Source of the DNA: Acidobacteriota bacterium
GTDB taxonomy: Bacteria; Acidobacteriota; Vicinamibacteria; Vicinamibacterales; 2-12-FULL-66-21
Length of the DNA stretch: 30,972 nt
NCBI GenBank assembly: GCA_043735365.1
Contig: JAYTEJ010000101.1
Span: 1-30,972 of the forward strand
Direction of reading: 5' to 3'
Every line of letters begins with the position of its first letter. Position 1 is the stretch's first letter. Below the pieces are notes generated by a model, which was not told the origin of the DNA, ran no database searches, and saw only the letters and a program-made list of their open reading frames with translations. Made by a program: the position numbers and the translations under genes. This document shows positions 1 to 16,543 of this stretch, piece by piece.

Positions 1-2
1 AC

Positions 3-131
3 GTCGAGTCGCGGGTGGACCCGGCGATCATCGGCGGCGCCATCACCAGGATCGGCAGTACCGTCTACGACGGCAGCGTCACGCGGCAGCTCGCGAAGAT
101 GAGAGAGACCCTGGCGGCGAGCGCCGGATAG
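3..131 (+). CDS. atpH: ATP synthase F1 delta subunit, C-terminal fragment (runs off left edge)
   Basis: Manual translation from position 3 gives [42 protein letters not shown], matching the VDPxIIGG...YDGS motif of delta. It lies directly upstream of atpA. Confidence 0.92.
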   Translation, partial: VESRVDPAIIGGAITRIGSTVYDGSVTRQLAKMRETLAASAG

Positions 132-155
132 GCGCCGCAGCGAACGAAAGAGCGC

Positions 156-1685
<1,530 letters not shown>

Positions 1686-1700
1686 TGGCGGGACACTAGG

Positions 1701-2585
1701 ATGCCGTCCCTCATCGACATCCGGCGGCGGGTGCGCGCGGTCAAGTCGACGCAGCAGATCACCAAGGCGATGAAGATGGTCGCGGCGTCACGGCTGCGGC
1801 GTGCGCAGGAGCGGGTGCAGCAGGCGCGGCCGTTCGCCTCGGAGATGCGGCGGGTCCTCGAAAGCCTGGCGGCGCGCGTCGATCCGACGACGCATCCGCT
1901 GCTCGACGAGCGGGCGGCGCCGCGGGCCGGCGGCCGGGCGCTGCTGGTGGTGATCACCGCGGATCGCGGGCTGTGCGGCAGCTTCAACACCAACGTCATC
2001 AAGGCGTCGGGAGTCTTCGTCGCCGAGCAGAGCGCGCGGCAGGTCTCGCTCGGCCTGGTCGGCCGCCGCGGCCGCGACTTCTTCGCGCGGCGCGGCCTCG
2101 AGGTGCGCTACGAGCAGGTCAACCTCTTCGCCAGCCTGAAGTACGAGCACGCCCAGGAGATCGCCAGGATGGCCATCGATGCCTTCGTCGGCGGCGAGGT
2201 CGACAGCGTCTACCTGGCGTTCAACGAGTTCCGGTCGGTGATGGTGCAGCACGTGGTCGTCGAACAGCTGCTGCCGATCCCGCGCGGGACGTTCAGCGGC
2301 GGCGCGGACGCGGCGGCGGACGCCCCGGTGGTCGATTATCTCTACGAGCCGGAGCCGGCGGCGCTGTTCGCGCACCTGCTGCCGAGCTACGTCGAGGTGC
2401 AGGTGTTCCGGGCGCTGCTCGAGTCCAACGCCGCCTTCTTCGCGGCGCAGATGACCGCGATGGACGCCGCCACCCGCAACTCGGGGGAGATGATCGAGGC
2501 GCTGACGCTCTACATGAACAAGGTGCGCCAGGCGGCGATCACGCGCGAGATTATCGAAGTCGTCTCGGGGGCGCAGGCGCTCTAA
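1701..2585 (+). CDS. atpG: ATP synthase F1 gamma subunit
   Basis: QQITKAMKMVAAS, ITADRGLCGSFN, C-terminal RQAAITREIIEVVSGAQAL. Confidence 0.99.
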   Translation: MPSLIDIRRRVRAVKSTQQITKAMKMVAASRLRRAQERVQQARPFASEMRRVLESLAARVDPTTHPLLDERAAPRAGGRALLVVITADRGLCGSFNTNVIKASGVFVAEQSARQVSLGLVGRRGRDFFARRGLEVRYEQVNLFASLKYEHAQEIARMAIDAFVGGEVDSVYLAFNEFRSVMVQHVVVEQLLPIPRGTFSGGADAAADAPVVDYLYEPEPAALFAHLLPSYVEVQVFRALLESNAAFFAAQMTAMDAATRNSGEMIEALTLYMNKVRQAAITREIIEVVSGAQAL

Positions 2586-2589
2586 CGGG

Positions 2590-4162
<1,573 letters not shown>

Positions 4163-4168
4163 CCCGCG

Positions 4169-4618
4169 ATGGCCCTGCCCACGCACATCGATCTGCAGAT
4201 CGTCACGCCGGAGCGGCGCATCGTCCAGGACCAGGTGGACGAAGTGGAGATTCCAGGCGCCGAAGGCTACTTCGGCGTCCTGCCCGGACACACGCCGCTG
4301 CTGGCCGCGCTCGCCGTCGGCGAGCTCTGGTACCGCAAGGGACAGGAGAAGTTCTACCTGTCGATTGCCTCCGGCTTCGCCGAGGTCCTACCCGACCGGG
4401 TGACGATTCTCGCCCGGATCGCCGAGCGCGCCGAGGAGATCAGCGTCGAACGCGCCGAAGCGTCGAAGAAGCGCGCCGAGGAGCGGCTCGCGAAGGCGGT
4501 GTCGGACATCGATTACGAGCGCGCCCGGCTGGCGCTGATGAAGTCCATCGCCAGGCTCGATGTGTCGGCGCGCGTGCCGGGGAGCGGCAGGCGGCTGCGT
4601 GACGCCGTGAAGGGCTAG
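4169..4618 (+). CDS. atpC: ATP synthase F1 epsilon subunit
   Basis: LQIVTPERR, GYFGVLPGHTPLL, SGFAEV, C-terminal helices. Last gene of the F1 cluster. Confidence 0.97.
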   Translation: MALPTHIDLQIVTPERRIVQDQVDEVEIPGAEGYFGVLPGHTPLLAALAVGELWYRKGQEKFYLSIASGFAEVLPDRVTILARIAERAEEISVERAEASKKRAEERLAKAVSDIDYERARLALMKSIARLDVSARVPGSGRRLRDAVKG

Positions 4619-4627
4619 GGCGCCATC

Positions 4628-5410
4628 ATGACGCCGGCGCATTCGCTCTCGTGGGCGGTCAGCACGGACCCGGGTCTCAGACGGACGAGCAACGAAGACA
4701 GCTACGCGACCCGCGCCGACGTCGGCCTGTTCGTGGTCGCCGACGGCATGGGCGGGCACGTCGCCGGCGAGGTCGCGTCGCGGGTGGCGGTGGAGGCGAT
4801 CGCAGCCTTCGTCGAGGAAACCGCCGTCGTCGACAAGAACCGCACCTGGCCGTTTCCGTTCGATCCCGGCCTCAGCCTCGAGGCCAACCGGCTCAAGGCG
4901 GCCTTCCGGCTCGCCAATCGCCGCATCGCGTCGGCGATCGCCGACTCCCAGGATCTGCGCGGCATGGCGACGACCGCCTCCGCGGTGCTGATCGGGAAGG
5001 CCTCGGCCAGCGTCGGCCACGTCGGCGACAGCCGGGTCTACGTCCTCAAGGACGGCGCGCTCTCCCAGATCACCCACGATCACTCCTGGGTCGAGGAGCA
5101 GGTCCGCGCCGGAACGCTGACCCCGACCGCGGCGCGCCAGCATCCCTGGCGCAACGTCGTCACTCGCGCGCTTTCGGGAGGGGACGATCCGGAAGTGGAC
5201 GTCGTCGAGGTCGCGCCAGCCCCCGGCGAGCGCTACCTGCTCTGTTCGGACGGGCTCTTCGGCGTCGTGCCTGACGACCGCATCGCCGCCATTCTCGGGC
5301 AGACCGACGTGCCGCTCGAGAACATCTGCCGCGGCCTGATCGATGCCGCCAATGAAGCCGGCGGCCCCGACAACATCACCGCCCTCGTCCTCGCCCTCGA
5401 TGTTCCATAA
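4628..5410 (+). CDS. PP2C/Stp1-family Ser/Thr protein phosphatase
   Basis: TDPGLRRTSNED, FVVADGMGGH, GHVGDSRVY, LLCSDGL, GGPDNIT. Confidence 0.95.
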   Translation: MTPAHSLSWAVSTDPGLRRTSNEDSYATRADVGLFVVADGMGGHVAGEVASRVAVEAIAAFVEETAVVDKNRTWPFPFDPGLSLEANRLKAAFRLANRRIASAIADSQDLRGMATTASAVLIGKASASVGHVGDSRVYVLKDGALSQITHDHSWVEEQVRAGTLTPTAARQHPWRNVVTRALSGGDDPEVDVVEVAPAPGERYLLCSDGLFGVVPDDRIAAILGQTDVPLENICRGLIDAANEAGGPDNITALVLALDVP

Positions 5411-6188
5411 CCTGGCGCGGCTGTTCCGCTACCGCGGGCTGATCCAGAGCCTGGTGGCGCGCGAGCTCAAGGCCCGCTATCGCGGATCGGTGCTCGGGTT
5501 CTTCTGGTCGTTCATCAACCCGCTGCTGCTGCTGACCATCTACACCCTGGTCTTCAAGTACGTGATGCCCGGCACCCACACCGGCGTCGAGCCCTACGCG
5601 GTGTTCATGTTCTGCGGCATCCTCCCCTGGACGTGGTTCTCGTCGTCGCTGGCCGAGTCGGCCAACGTGCTGATCTCCGGCGGCAACCTGATCAAGAAGG
5701 TGCTCTTCCCCGCCGAGATCCTGCCGATCGTGACGGTGCTGGCGAACATGATTCACTTCTTCCTGGGGATGACCATCCTGGCGGCGTTCCTCGCCTGGTA
5801 CCGCCTGCCGCCGGGGCTGACGCTGCTGTGGCTGCCGGTGGTGGTCTTGATTCAGCTGATCCTGACGGTCGCCTTCGCGCTGGTGCTGTCGGCATTGACG
5901 GTGCACTTTCGCGACATCCGCGACATCCTCTCGAACCTGCTGACGTTCTGGTTCTTCGCCACGCCAATCATCTACCCCTGGTTCCAGGCGCCGCCGCTGG
6001 CGAAGCAGTTCCTCAACCTCAACCCCTTCACCCATCTCGCGGTCTCGTATCAGGAGATCCTGTTCTTCCGCGGCGACTTCGGCCATCTCCGCTGGCTGCT
6101 GCTCCTCGGCGCCATTTCGGTGGCGTTCTTCCTGTTCGGCTATTTCATCTTCGACCGGCTCAGAGACACGTTCGCGGAGGAAGTGTGA
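5400..6188 (+). CDS. wzm: Wzm-type ABC-2 permease of a glycan (O-antigen/cell-surface polysaccharide) exporter
   Basis: RELKARYRGSVLGFFWSFINPLL, NLIKKVLFPAEILP, FRDIRDIL, FFATPIIYP, LNPF. Start moved to ATG 5400 (MFHNL), overlapping the phosphatase stop. Confidence 0.9.
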   Translation: MFHNLARLFRYRGLIQSLVARELKARYRGSVLGFFWSFINPLLLLTIYTLVFKYVMPGTHTGVEPYAVFMFCGILPWTWFSSSLAESANVLISGGNLIKKVLFPAEILPIVTVLANMIHFFLGMTILAAFLAWYRLPPGLTLLWLPVVVLIQLILTVAFALVLSALTVHFRDIRDILSNLLTFWFFATPIIYPWFQAPPLAKQFLNLNPFTHLAVSYQEILFFRGDFGHLRWLLLLGAISVAFFLFGYFIFDRLRDTFAEEV

Positions 6189-6189
6189 G

Positions 6190-6282
6190 CCAGTCGCCAG
6201 TATCCAGTAGCCTGTCACCAGAGAGCCAGACACGAACTGGCTACCGGCGGCTGGAAACTGGAAACTGGAAACTGGCGACTGA
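6190..6282. repeat. Second inverted heptamer array pair (CCAGTNN then NNACTGG)
   Basis: ccagtcg/ccagtat/ccagtag/cctgtca/ccagaga/g/ccagaca, then gaactgg/ctaccgg/cggctgg/aaactgg x3/cgactga. Fills the wzm-wzt intergenic space. Confidence 0.9.
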
Positions 6283-6285
6283 GTC

Positions 6286-7624
<1,339 letters not shown>

Positions 7625-7635
<11 letters not shown>

Positions 7636-8122
7636 TCGCGCCGCCGGCGGATTGCTGGACAACGCCGGGATCCGGGCGTTCGTCCGCGGCCACAGCGAGG
7701 CAGGCCGGACCGTGGTCTTTTCCAACGGCGTCTTCGACCTCCTCCACCCAGGCCACGTCCGCTACCTGCAGCAGGCGCGGGCGCTCGGCGACGCGCTGGT
7801 CATCGGGCTGAACGCCGACGAGTCCGTCCGCCGCAACAAGGGGCCGGCGCGCCCGATCAACCCGCAGCAAGAGCGCGCCGAAGTACTGCTGGCGCTCGCC
7901 TGCGTCGACGCGGTGGTGCTTTTCCTGGAGGACACCCCCGACCGCATCATCCGGCTGGTGCAGCCGCACGTGCTCGTCAAGGGAGCGGACTGGGCCGCGG
8001 ACGCCATCGTCGGCCGCGACATCGTCGAAGCCAGCGGCGGACGCGTCGTCCGGATAGCCGTCGAAGAGGGCTATTCGACGACCTCCCTGGTGGAGAGAAT
8101 CAAGAGTGCGGCCGGGCCGTAG
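7625..8122 (+). CDS. D-glycero-beta-D-manno-heptose 1-phosphate adenylyltransferase (stand-alone RfaE/HldE domain II)
   Basis: [13 protein letters not shown] (HxGH), [36 protein letters not shown]. Confidence 0.88.
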
Positions 8123-8141
8123 CGCCGCGTTCGAGGAGCCA

Positions 8142-8164
8142 TCCCTGCGCCGGCCCGGCAGGGA
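8142..8164. terminator. GC-rich hairpin between convergent genes (possible terminator, no U-tract)
   Basis: tccctgc-N9-gcaggga inverted repeat between the stops at 8122 (+) and 8202 (-). Confidence 0.3.
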
Positions 8165-8201
8165 AGGCCCGGCGGGACAGATGCACCACTCGTTGGACGG
8201 C

Positions 8202-8492
8202 CTACTGCACGTCGACTTCGATCCCGCCGACCAGTCCAGCCAGCACGTTGTAGAGCCAGGCGCAGAGGAGACAGCCGACGAAGCCGATGGCTCCGTAGAG
8301 GATCGGGAAGAGGACCACGGCGCCGAGACCCAGGCCCATGCCCCAGGGAGTGCCCGTGGCCTGTCCCCGTGATACCAGCCCGCTGGCCGCGGTCACCATG
8401 GCAAAGACCACCCCGCCCAGAAGTCCCAGAAGCGCGTAGAGCGTTCCGCCAATCCTGGCGAACGACAGTGGGCCGACACGCTTGACTATCAT
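8202..8492 (-). CDS. Small two-TM membrane protein (DUF3566-like)
   Basis: 96 aa MIVKRVGPLSFARIGGTLYALLGLLGG...GIEVDVQ with an AGGAG Shine-Dalgarno before ATG 8492. The longer 8855 start overlaps mfd and is rejected. Family name from recall only. Confidence 0.75.
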   Translation of the reverse strand: MIVKRVGPLSFARIGGTLYALLGLLGGVVFAMVTAASGLVSRGQATGTPWGMGLGLGAVVLFPILYGAIGFVGCLLCAWLYNVLAGLVGGIEVDVQ

Positions 8493-8655
8493 CGATACTT
8501 CTCCTGCGCTGGATGGCGTTTGATCCTGCCCTCGGACGGATGTCCCGCTGAGCCCGGTCATCATCGCACCCGGCGAGCCCAGCCGCAAACGCCGGCAGGG
8601 CCGTGGCCGCTGCACCCGCGCGATACGGTAAAATAGAAGGTTCAACGCCGCGCCG

Positions 8656-12183
<3,528 letters not shown>

Positions 12184-12225
12184 ATTTGTTAAGATACTCG
12201 GCTACAGTAACTTAGGGTGCATGTG

Positions 12226-13302
12226 ATGAATCTCAAGCTGATTGCCGGCGGGCTCCTTGCGGTGGCGATGGCGGCGCCGGCGCGCGCCCAGATCATCGAG
12301 CGCGTGCTGGTGAAGGTGAACGGCGACATCATCACGCAGACCGAGCTCGAGGAGAAGCAGACGGCCGCGATCCGCCAGCGCATCGGCGGCGGCGAGCTGA
12401 AGCCGGACGTCGCCAGCGACGCCGATGCGCTGAAGAAAGCGATGGACGAGGTCACGCCGCAGATTCTCGTCGACTCGGTGGACGAGCTGTTGCTCCTGCA
12501 GATGGGCAAGGAGAAGGGCTACCACCTCAGCGACGAGCAGTTCAAGAGCTGGATGGACAACCTGCGCAAGGAACAGAAGCTCCAGGACGACCAGAAGTTC
12601 TATGCGGCGCTCAAGCAGGAAGGCATGACGCTCGAGGATCTGCGCCACAACGTCGAGAAGCAGTTTCTCGTCGGCCAGGTGCAGCGCGACGAAGTCGGGT
12701 CCAAGCTGCAGATCACCGAAGAGGAAGCCCGCCAGTACTACCTGACCCATCAGAATGAATTCGTCCAGCCCGCCACCGTGACGCTCCGCGAGATCCTCCT
12801 GGAGGTGCCGACGACCACGAAGGGCGGCCAGGCGACGCTCAACGTTGGCAAAGACGATGAGGTGGCCCAGCAGGCGGCGGCGGTGCGGGCGCGGGTCGCC
12901 GGTGGGGAGGATTTCGCGCGTGTCGCGGCGGAAGTGTCGGCGTCCTCCTCCAAGGCCAACGGCGGCCTGATTGGTCCGATCAACCTCGCCGAACTGGCGC
13001 CGTCGCTGCAGCAGCTGATTGCCAAGATGAAGGCCGGCGACGTGACCGAGCCGCTGCGGGTGCCGCGCGGCTTCCAGATTCTGCGCCTCGAGTCGCTCAA
13101 GCCGGCGGCGCCGCAGCCGTTCGACAGCGTCCGCGATCTGGTCGCCGACAAGGTCCACGACGCCCGGCAGCAGGCCGAGGTGCGGAAGTTCCTGGCGCGG
13201 GTCCGTGGCCAGGCGATCATCGAGTGGAAGAACGACGACCTGCGCAAGCTCTACGAGAAGCAGCTGGCGCAGGTCCCGGCGCCCGGCGCGCCGGGCAACT
13301 GA
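12226..13302 (+). CDS. SurA/PrsA-like periplasmic parvulin PPIase chaperone
   Basis: Signal peptide ending APARA-Q, VLVKVNGDIITQTEL, rotamase motifs GEDFARVAAEVS, NGGLIG, PLRVPRGFQILRL. Alternative GTG start at 12217. Confidence 0.88.
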   Translation: MNLKLIAGGLLAVAMAAPARAQIIERVLVKVNGDIITQTELEEKQTAAIRQRIGGGELKPDVASDADALKKAMDEVTPQILVDSVDELLLLQMGKEKGYHLSDEQFKSWMDNLRKEQKLQDDQKFYAALKQEGMTLEDLRHNVEKQFLVGQVQRDEVGSKLQITEEEARQYYLTHQNEFVQPATVTLREILLEVPTTTKGGQATLNVGKDDEVAQQAAAVRARVAGGEDFARVAAEVSASSSKANGGLIGPINLAELAPSLQQLIAKMKAGDVTEPLRVPRGFQILRLESLKPAAPQPFDSVRDLVADKVHDARQQAEVRKFLARVRGQAIIEWKNDDLRKLYEKQLAQVPAPGAPGN

Positions 13303-13334
13303 CCGGGTCCAGCGCGACGCCGCCGGAACCAGCC

Positions 13335-13838
13335 ATGACCGAGCTTCCCCGCGAGCCCTGGTACGCGATCTGGACGCGGTCGCGCCACGAGCAGGTCGTG
13401 CGCGACCAGCTGCAGATCAGGGGATTCGAGACCTTCCTGCCGACCATCACGCGGTGGAGCCGCTGGAAGGATCGCAAGAAGAAGGTCGACTGGCCGCTGT
13501 TTCCCGGCTACTGCTTCGCGCGCTTCGACAGCCGCGACCGGCTCCCCATCCTGAAGTGCACCGGCGTTGTCAGCATCGTGTCCTTCGACAACGAAGTCGT
13601 CCCGATTCCAGACGCCGAAATCGACGCCGTGCGGCGGGTGGTCGAGAGTGAGCTGCAGTTCGATCCCTGTCCGCTGATCCGGGAAGGGGCGATGGTCGAA
13701 GTCATCCACGGGCCGCTCAAGGGGGTGGTCGGGCGGCTGGTGCGCAAGGGCGCGCACGCGCGGCTGGTGCTGGCGGTCGATCTGATCGGCCAGGCGGTCA
13801 GCGTCGAGGTCGACGCCGCCGACGTCAGGGGATTATGA
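13335..13838 (+). CDS. UpxY/RfaH/LoaP-type specialised NusG paralog (transcription antiterminator)
   Basis: WYAIWTRSRHEQVV, FLPTITRWSRWKDRKKKVDWPLFPGYCFARF, KOW segment MVEVIHGPLKGVVG. ATG at 13335. Confidence 0.9.
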   Translation: MTELPREPWYAIWTRSRHEQVVRDQLQIRGFETFLPTITRWSRWKDRKKKVDWPLFPGYCFARFDSRDRLPILKCTGVVSIVSFDNEVVPIPDAEIDAVRRVVESELQFDPCPLIREGAMVEVIHGPLKGVVGRLVRKGAHARLVLAVDLIGQAVSVEVDAADVRGL

Positions 13839-13842
13839 GCCG

Positions 13843-13874
13843 GGTGCCAGGGGTCAAGGTGCCGGGGTGCCGGG
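13843..13874 (+). repeat. Short GGTGCCRG octamer repeat
   Basis: ggtgccag (13843), ggtgccgg (13858), ggtgccgg (13866) between the NusG paralog and dus. Confidence 0.6.
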
Positions 13875-13885
13875 GTGGTGATGCG

Positions 13886-14986
13886 ATGAAGATTGGCAAG
13901 ATTGAGTTGTCGCCTCCCTACGCCCTTGCGCCGATGGCGGGGATGACGGACACCGCCTTCCGGCGCCTGGTGAAGCGGAAGGGGGGCTGCGGGCTCGTCG
14001 TCACCGAGATGGTCAGTTCGGAGGGGCTCGTCCGCGGCATCGATCGCACGCTGGAGTACGCGGAGTACACCGAGGAAGAGCGGCCGGTCTCGATTCAAAT
14101 CTTCGGCGGCGATCCGGCGAAGATGGCGGCGGCGGCGCAGATCGTCGAAGGGATGGGGGCGGACATCGTCGACGTCAACATGGGCTGCCCGGTGCACAAG
14201 ATTGCCAAGCACAGCGCCGGGTGCAGCCTGATGCGCGAGCCGGCACACGCCGCCGAGGTGGTGCGTGCGATGACCCGCGCGGTCAAGATTCCGGTCACGG
14301 TCAAGATGCGCGCGGGATGGGACGAGGGGGCGATCAATGCACCCGAGCTCGCCCGGCGGCTGGAAGAGGCCGGCGCGTCCGCGGTCGCCGTGCACGGACG
14401 GACGGCCGCGCAGTCGTACTCGGGCGTCTCCGACTGGAACCTGATCGGACGGGTTGCCGCAGGGCTCTCGATTCCGGTGTTCGGCAGCGGCGACTGCACC
14501 GAACCGGCGCATGTGGTCGAGCGGATGCGCGGCGCCAGCGTCGGCGGTGTCCTGGTCGGGCGCGGGGCGCTCAGGAACCCGTGGATCTTCCAGCAGGCGG
14601 CCGATCTCGCCGCGGGGCGCCCGGCGCGCGCGGTTTCAGCCGTCGAGCGCGGCCGCTTCCTCCTCGACTACATCGAGATGCTGATGCAGGAGCGGCTGTG
14701 GGAAGCGGAAGGGTTTCGCCACGTCGCACCCGGCCAGCCGGCTGTGCCGGATCCGTCGCTGCCGGCGCGCGGCCACGATCGCTGGGTGATCAACAAGCTG
14801 CGGGCGCTGAACTCGTGGTACACGAAGGGGCTCGACAACGGTTCGCACCTGCGGGTGGCGATCAACGCCGCCGAATCGATTCCCCACCTGCGGGCGATCG
14901 TCGAGGACTTCTTTCTCTCCCCCGCCGCGGAACAAATGGATCAGTCGACGAGCGCGCTGGCCTCTGCGGCTTCCCCCATCTCGTAG
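13886..14986 (+). CDS. dusB: tRNA-dihydrouridine synthase, DusB-like
   Basis: LAPMAGMTD, VTEMVSSEGL, QIFGGDP, DVNMGCP, PVTVKMRAGWD, AVHGRT, FGSGD. Confidence 0.88.
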   Translation: MKIGKIELSPPYALAPMAGMTDTAFRRLVKRKGGCGLVVTEMVSSEGLVRGIDRTLEYAEYTEEERPVSIQIFGGDPAKMAAAAQIVEGMGADIVDVNMGCPVHKIAKHSAGCSLMREPAHAAEVVRAMTRAVKIPVTVKMRAGWDEGAINAPELARRLEEAGASAVAVHGRTAAQSYSGVSDWNLIGRVAAGLSIPVFGSGDCTEPAHVVERMRGASVGGVLVGRGALRNPWIFQQAADLAAGRPARAVSAVERGRFLLDYIEMLMQERLWEAEGFRHVAPGQPAVPDPSLPARGHDRWVINKLRALNSWYTKGLDNGSHLRVAINAAESIPHLRAIVEDFFLSPAAEQMDQSTSALASAASPIS

Positions 14987-15288
14987 TCGTAGGCGAGCGA
15001 CCGCGCGGCCGACACGGTGAAGTGGCCTCCGAGCGACTGGTGCGACGGATGCGCCAGATAGGCCGTCAGCCCGGCGGCATCGTCGAACTCGACGATCGCG
15101 GCGAACTCGTAGTCGTCGCGCATCATCTGCTCGTAACCCGGCAGGCCGTGCCGGATGCGCTTCCCGACCTTGAAGCGCCGGATGGTGGGAATGTCCGCCG
15201 CGGCGGCGGTGAGCGCTTCCAGCAGGCTGCGCCGATCGTCGGGCGTCAGCTCAGGCCGGGGGCTGAAGAGGATGACGTGGGCGATCAC
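14941..15288 (-). CDS. Dabb-family (stress-responsive alpha/beta barrel) protein
   Basis: MIAHVILF...IPTIRRFKVG...YEFAAIVEFDDAAGLTAYLAHPSH. GTG start overlaps the upstream stop. Confidence 0.85.
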   Translation of the reverse strand: MIAHVILFSPRPELTPDDRRSLLEALTAAAADIPTIRRFKVGKRIRHGLPGYEQMMRDDYEFAAIVEFDDAAGLTAYLAHPSHQSLGGHFTVSAARSLAYDYEMGEAAEASALVD

Positions 15289-16535
15289 CGCCCCTGGCCC
15301 CCGCCGCCGCCTCGGCCGCCGCCGCGCGGCGGGCGCGGCGGAAAGCGGCCGGGACCTCCCGGTGGACGGCCCGATCCCGGGCGCCCGTCTCCAGGAGGAC
15401 GCTCACGGCTTCTATCGCCTGATGGTGGACGGTCCGATGGTGGACGGTCCGACCGCGGCCTGTCGGCATCGGCCTGGCGATCCTTCGACCACGGACGCGG
15501 CCCCGGCGGGCGATCCTTCGACCACGGACGCGCGGTGGGCGGCCGATCCTTGGACCAGGGCCGCGGCGACGCCGGCCGGTCCTTGGTCCACGGTCCTGAT
15601 CGCGACGGCCGCCCTGAGCTGCTGTCGCCAAACGACGAGCCCTCGCGCCCGCCGCCGGTTGAAGAGGCCGGTGCTTCCCACGGCTTCCGCGGACCGCCCG
15701 CGGGTGGACGGCTCCAGGGCTTCGGGTGTCCACCCGCCGGCTTGCCGCCGTCTGCCTGATCCCGCCTCCACGGCGGCTTGGCACCGTGCTGGTCGTCGCG
15801 CCGCCACGGCGGCTTGCCGGTGCGAGTCTCGTCCCGCTTCCATGCCGGCTTGGCGCCGCGCTCGCCTTCGGGTTTCCACGCCGGTTTGGCGCCACTCTCG
15901 TGGTCGCGATTCCCGGCAGGGGTGTCGCCCCCGGCCTGATCCCGCCGCCACGGCGGCTTGCCGGTGCGAGTCTCGTCCCGCTTCCATGCCGGCCTGGCGG
16001 CGCGCTCGCCGTCGAGCTTCCCGGCCGGTGTGTCGCCACCCTCGCGGTTGCGTTTCCAGGGCGGTTTGCCGGCGCGGGCGTTGTCTCGCTGCCGGCGCGG
16101 CGTCCCTTCACCGGCAGCCCGCGGCGGTCGGTCCGGCGCGGGCGGCGCGCCTTCGGGCGGCGCCTCGTCGCGCGGCGTCGCCGGACGCTCGCGATGCAGA
16201 TTCTCGGCGAAGCGGCGCCGCTTCTCGTCGCGCGGGATCTTGAAACGATCGCGCGGGTCCTTGTGCTCCCCGCCCGGCCGCCACTCCTTGCCGCGGCGGT
16301 CGCCCGAAGGAGGCCGCCGCTCGCCCATCGGCGGCCGGCGCCGCGCCGCTGCGTCGTTCCGCTCGGCCTCCTGCGACTCCCAGAGACGGCCGCGCGCGAA
16401 CCACTTCATCACCGCATCGGGATGCCGGGCCTGCAGCTGCTTCAGCGTCGGCAACAGCTCTTCCTGCTCGGCGGCGCGGAACGCCGTGGGCTTGTCGTCG
16501 ACGATGATGGTCCAGTAATTGTGCCGGGGAGGCAT
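15285..16535 (-). CDS. Hypothetical 416 aa protein: small N-terminal domain plus long R/P/G/D-rich disordered tail with 13 Trp-centred repeats
   Basis: ATG 16535 (MPPRHNYWTIIVD) lies 8 nt after the activator stop, and the stop overlaps the Dabb start. Repeats KPPW(K/R)R, (K/R)PAWK and RPWSKDRP. Confidence 0.8.
   Translation of the reverse strand: MPPRHNYWTIIVDDKPTAFRAAEQEELLPTLKQLQARHPDAVMKWFARGRLWESQEAERNDAAARRRPPMGERRPPSGDRRGKEWRPGGEHKDPRDRFKIPRDEKRRRFAENLHRERPATPRDEAPPEGAPPAPDRPPRAAGEGTPRRQRDNARAGKPPWKRNREGGDTPAGKLDGERAARPAWKRDETRTGKPPWRRDQAGGDTPAGNRDHESGAKPAWKPEGERGAKPAWKRDETRTGKPPWRRDDQHGAKPPWRRDQADGGKPAGGHPKPWSRPPAGGPRKPWEAPASSTGGGREGSSFGDSSSGRPSRSGPWTKDRPASPRPWSKDRPPTARPWSKDRPPGPRPWSKDRQADADRPRSDRPPSDRPPSGDRSRERPPGDGRPGSGRPPGGPGRFPPRPPRGGGRGGGGGQGR
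15799..15993. repeat. Exact 51-nt direct repeat, 144 nt apart, inside the Trp-repeat gene
   Basis: cgccgccacggcggcttgccggtgcgagtctcgtcccgcttccatgccggc at 15799-15849 and 15943-15993, encoding PAWKRDETRTGKPPWRR on the minus strand. Confidence 0.9.
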
Positions 16536-16543
16536 ATGGACGA

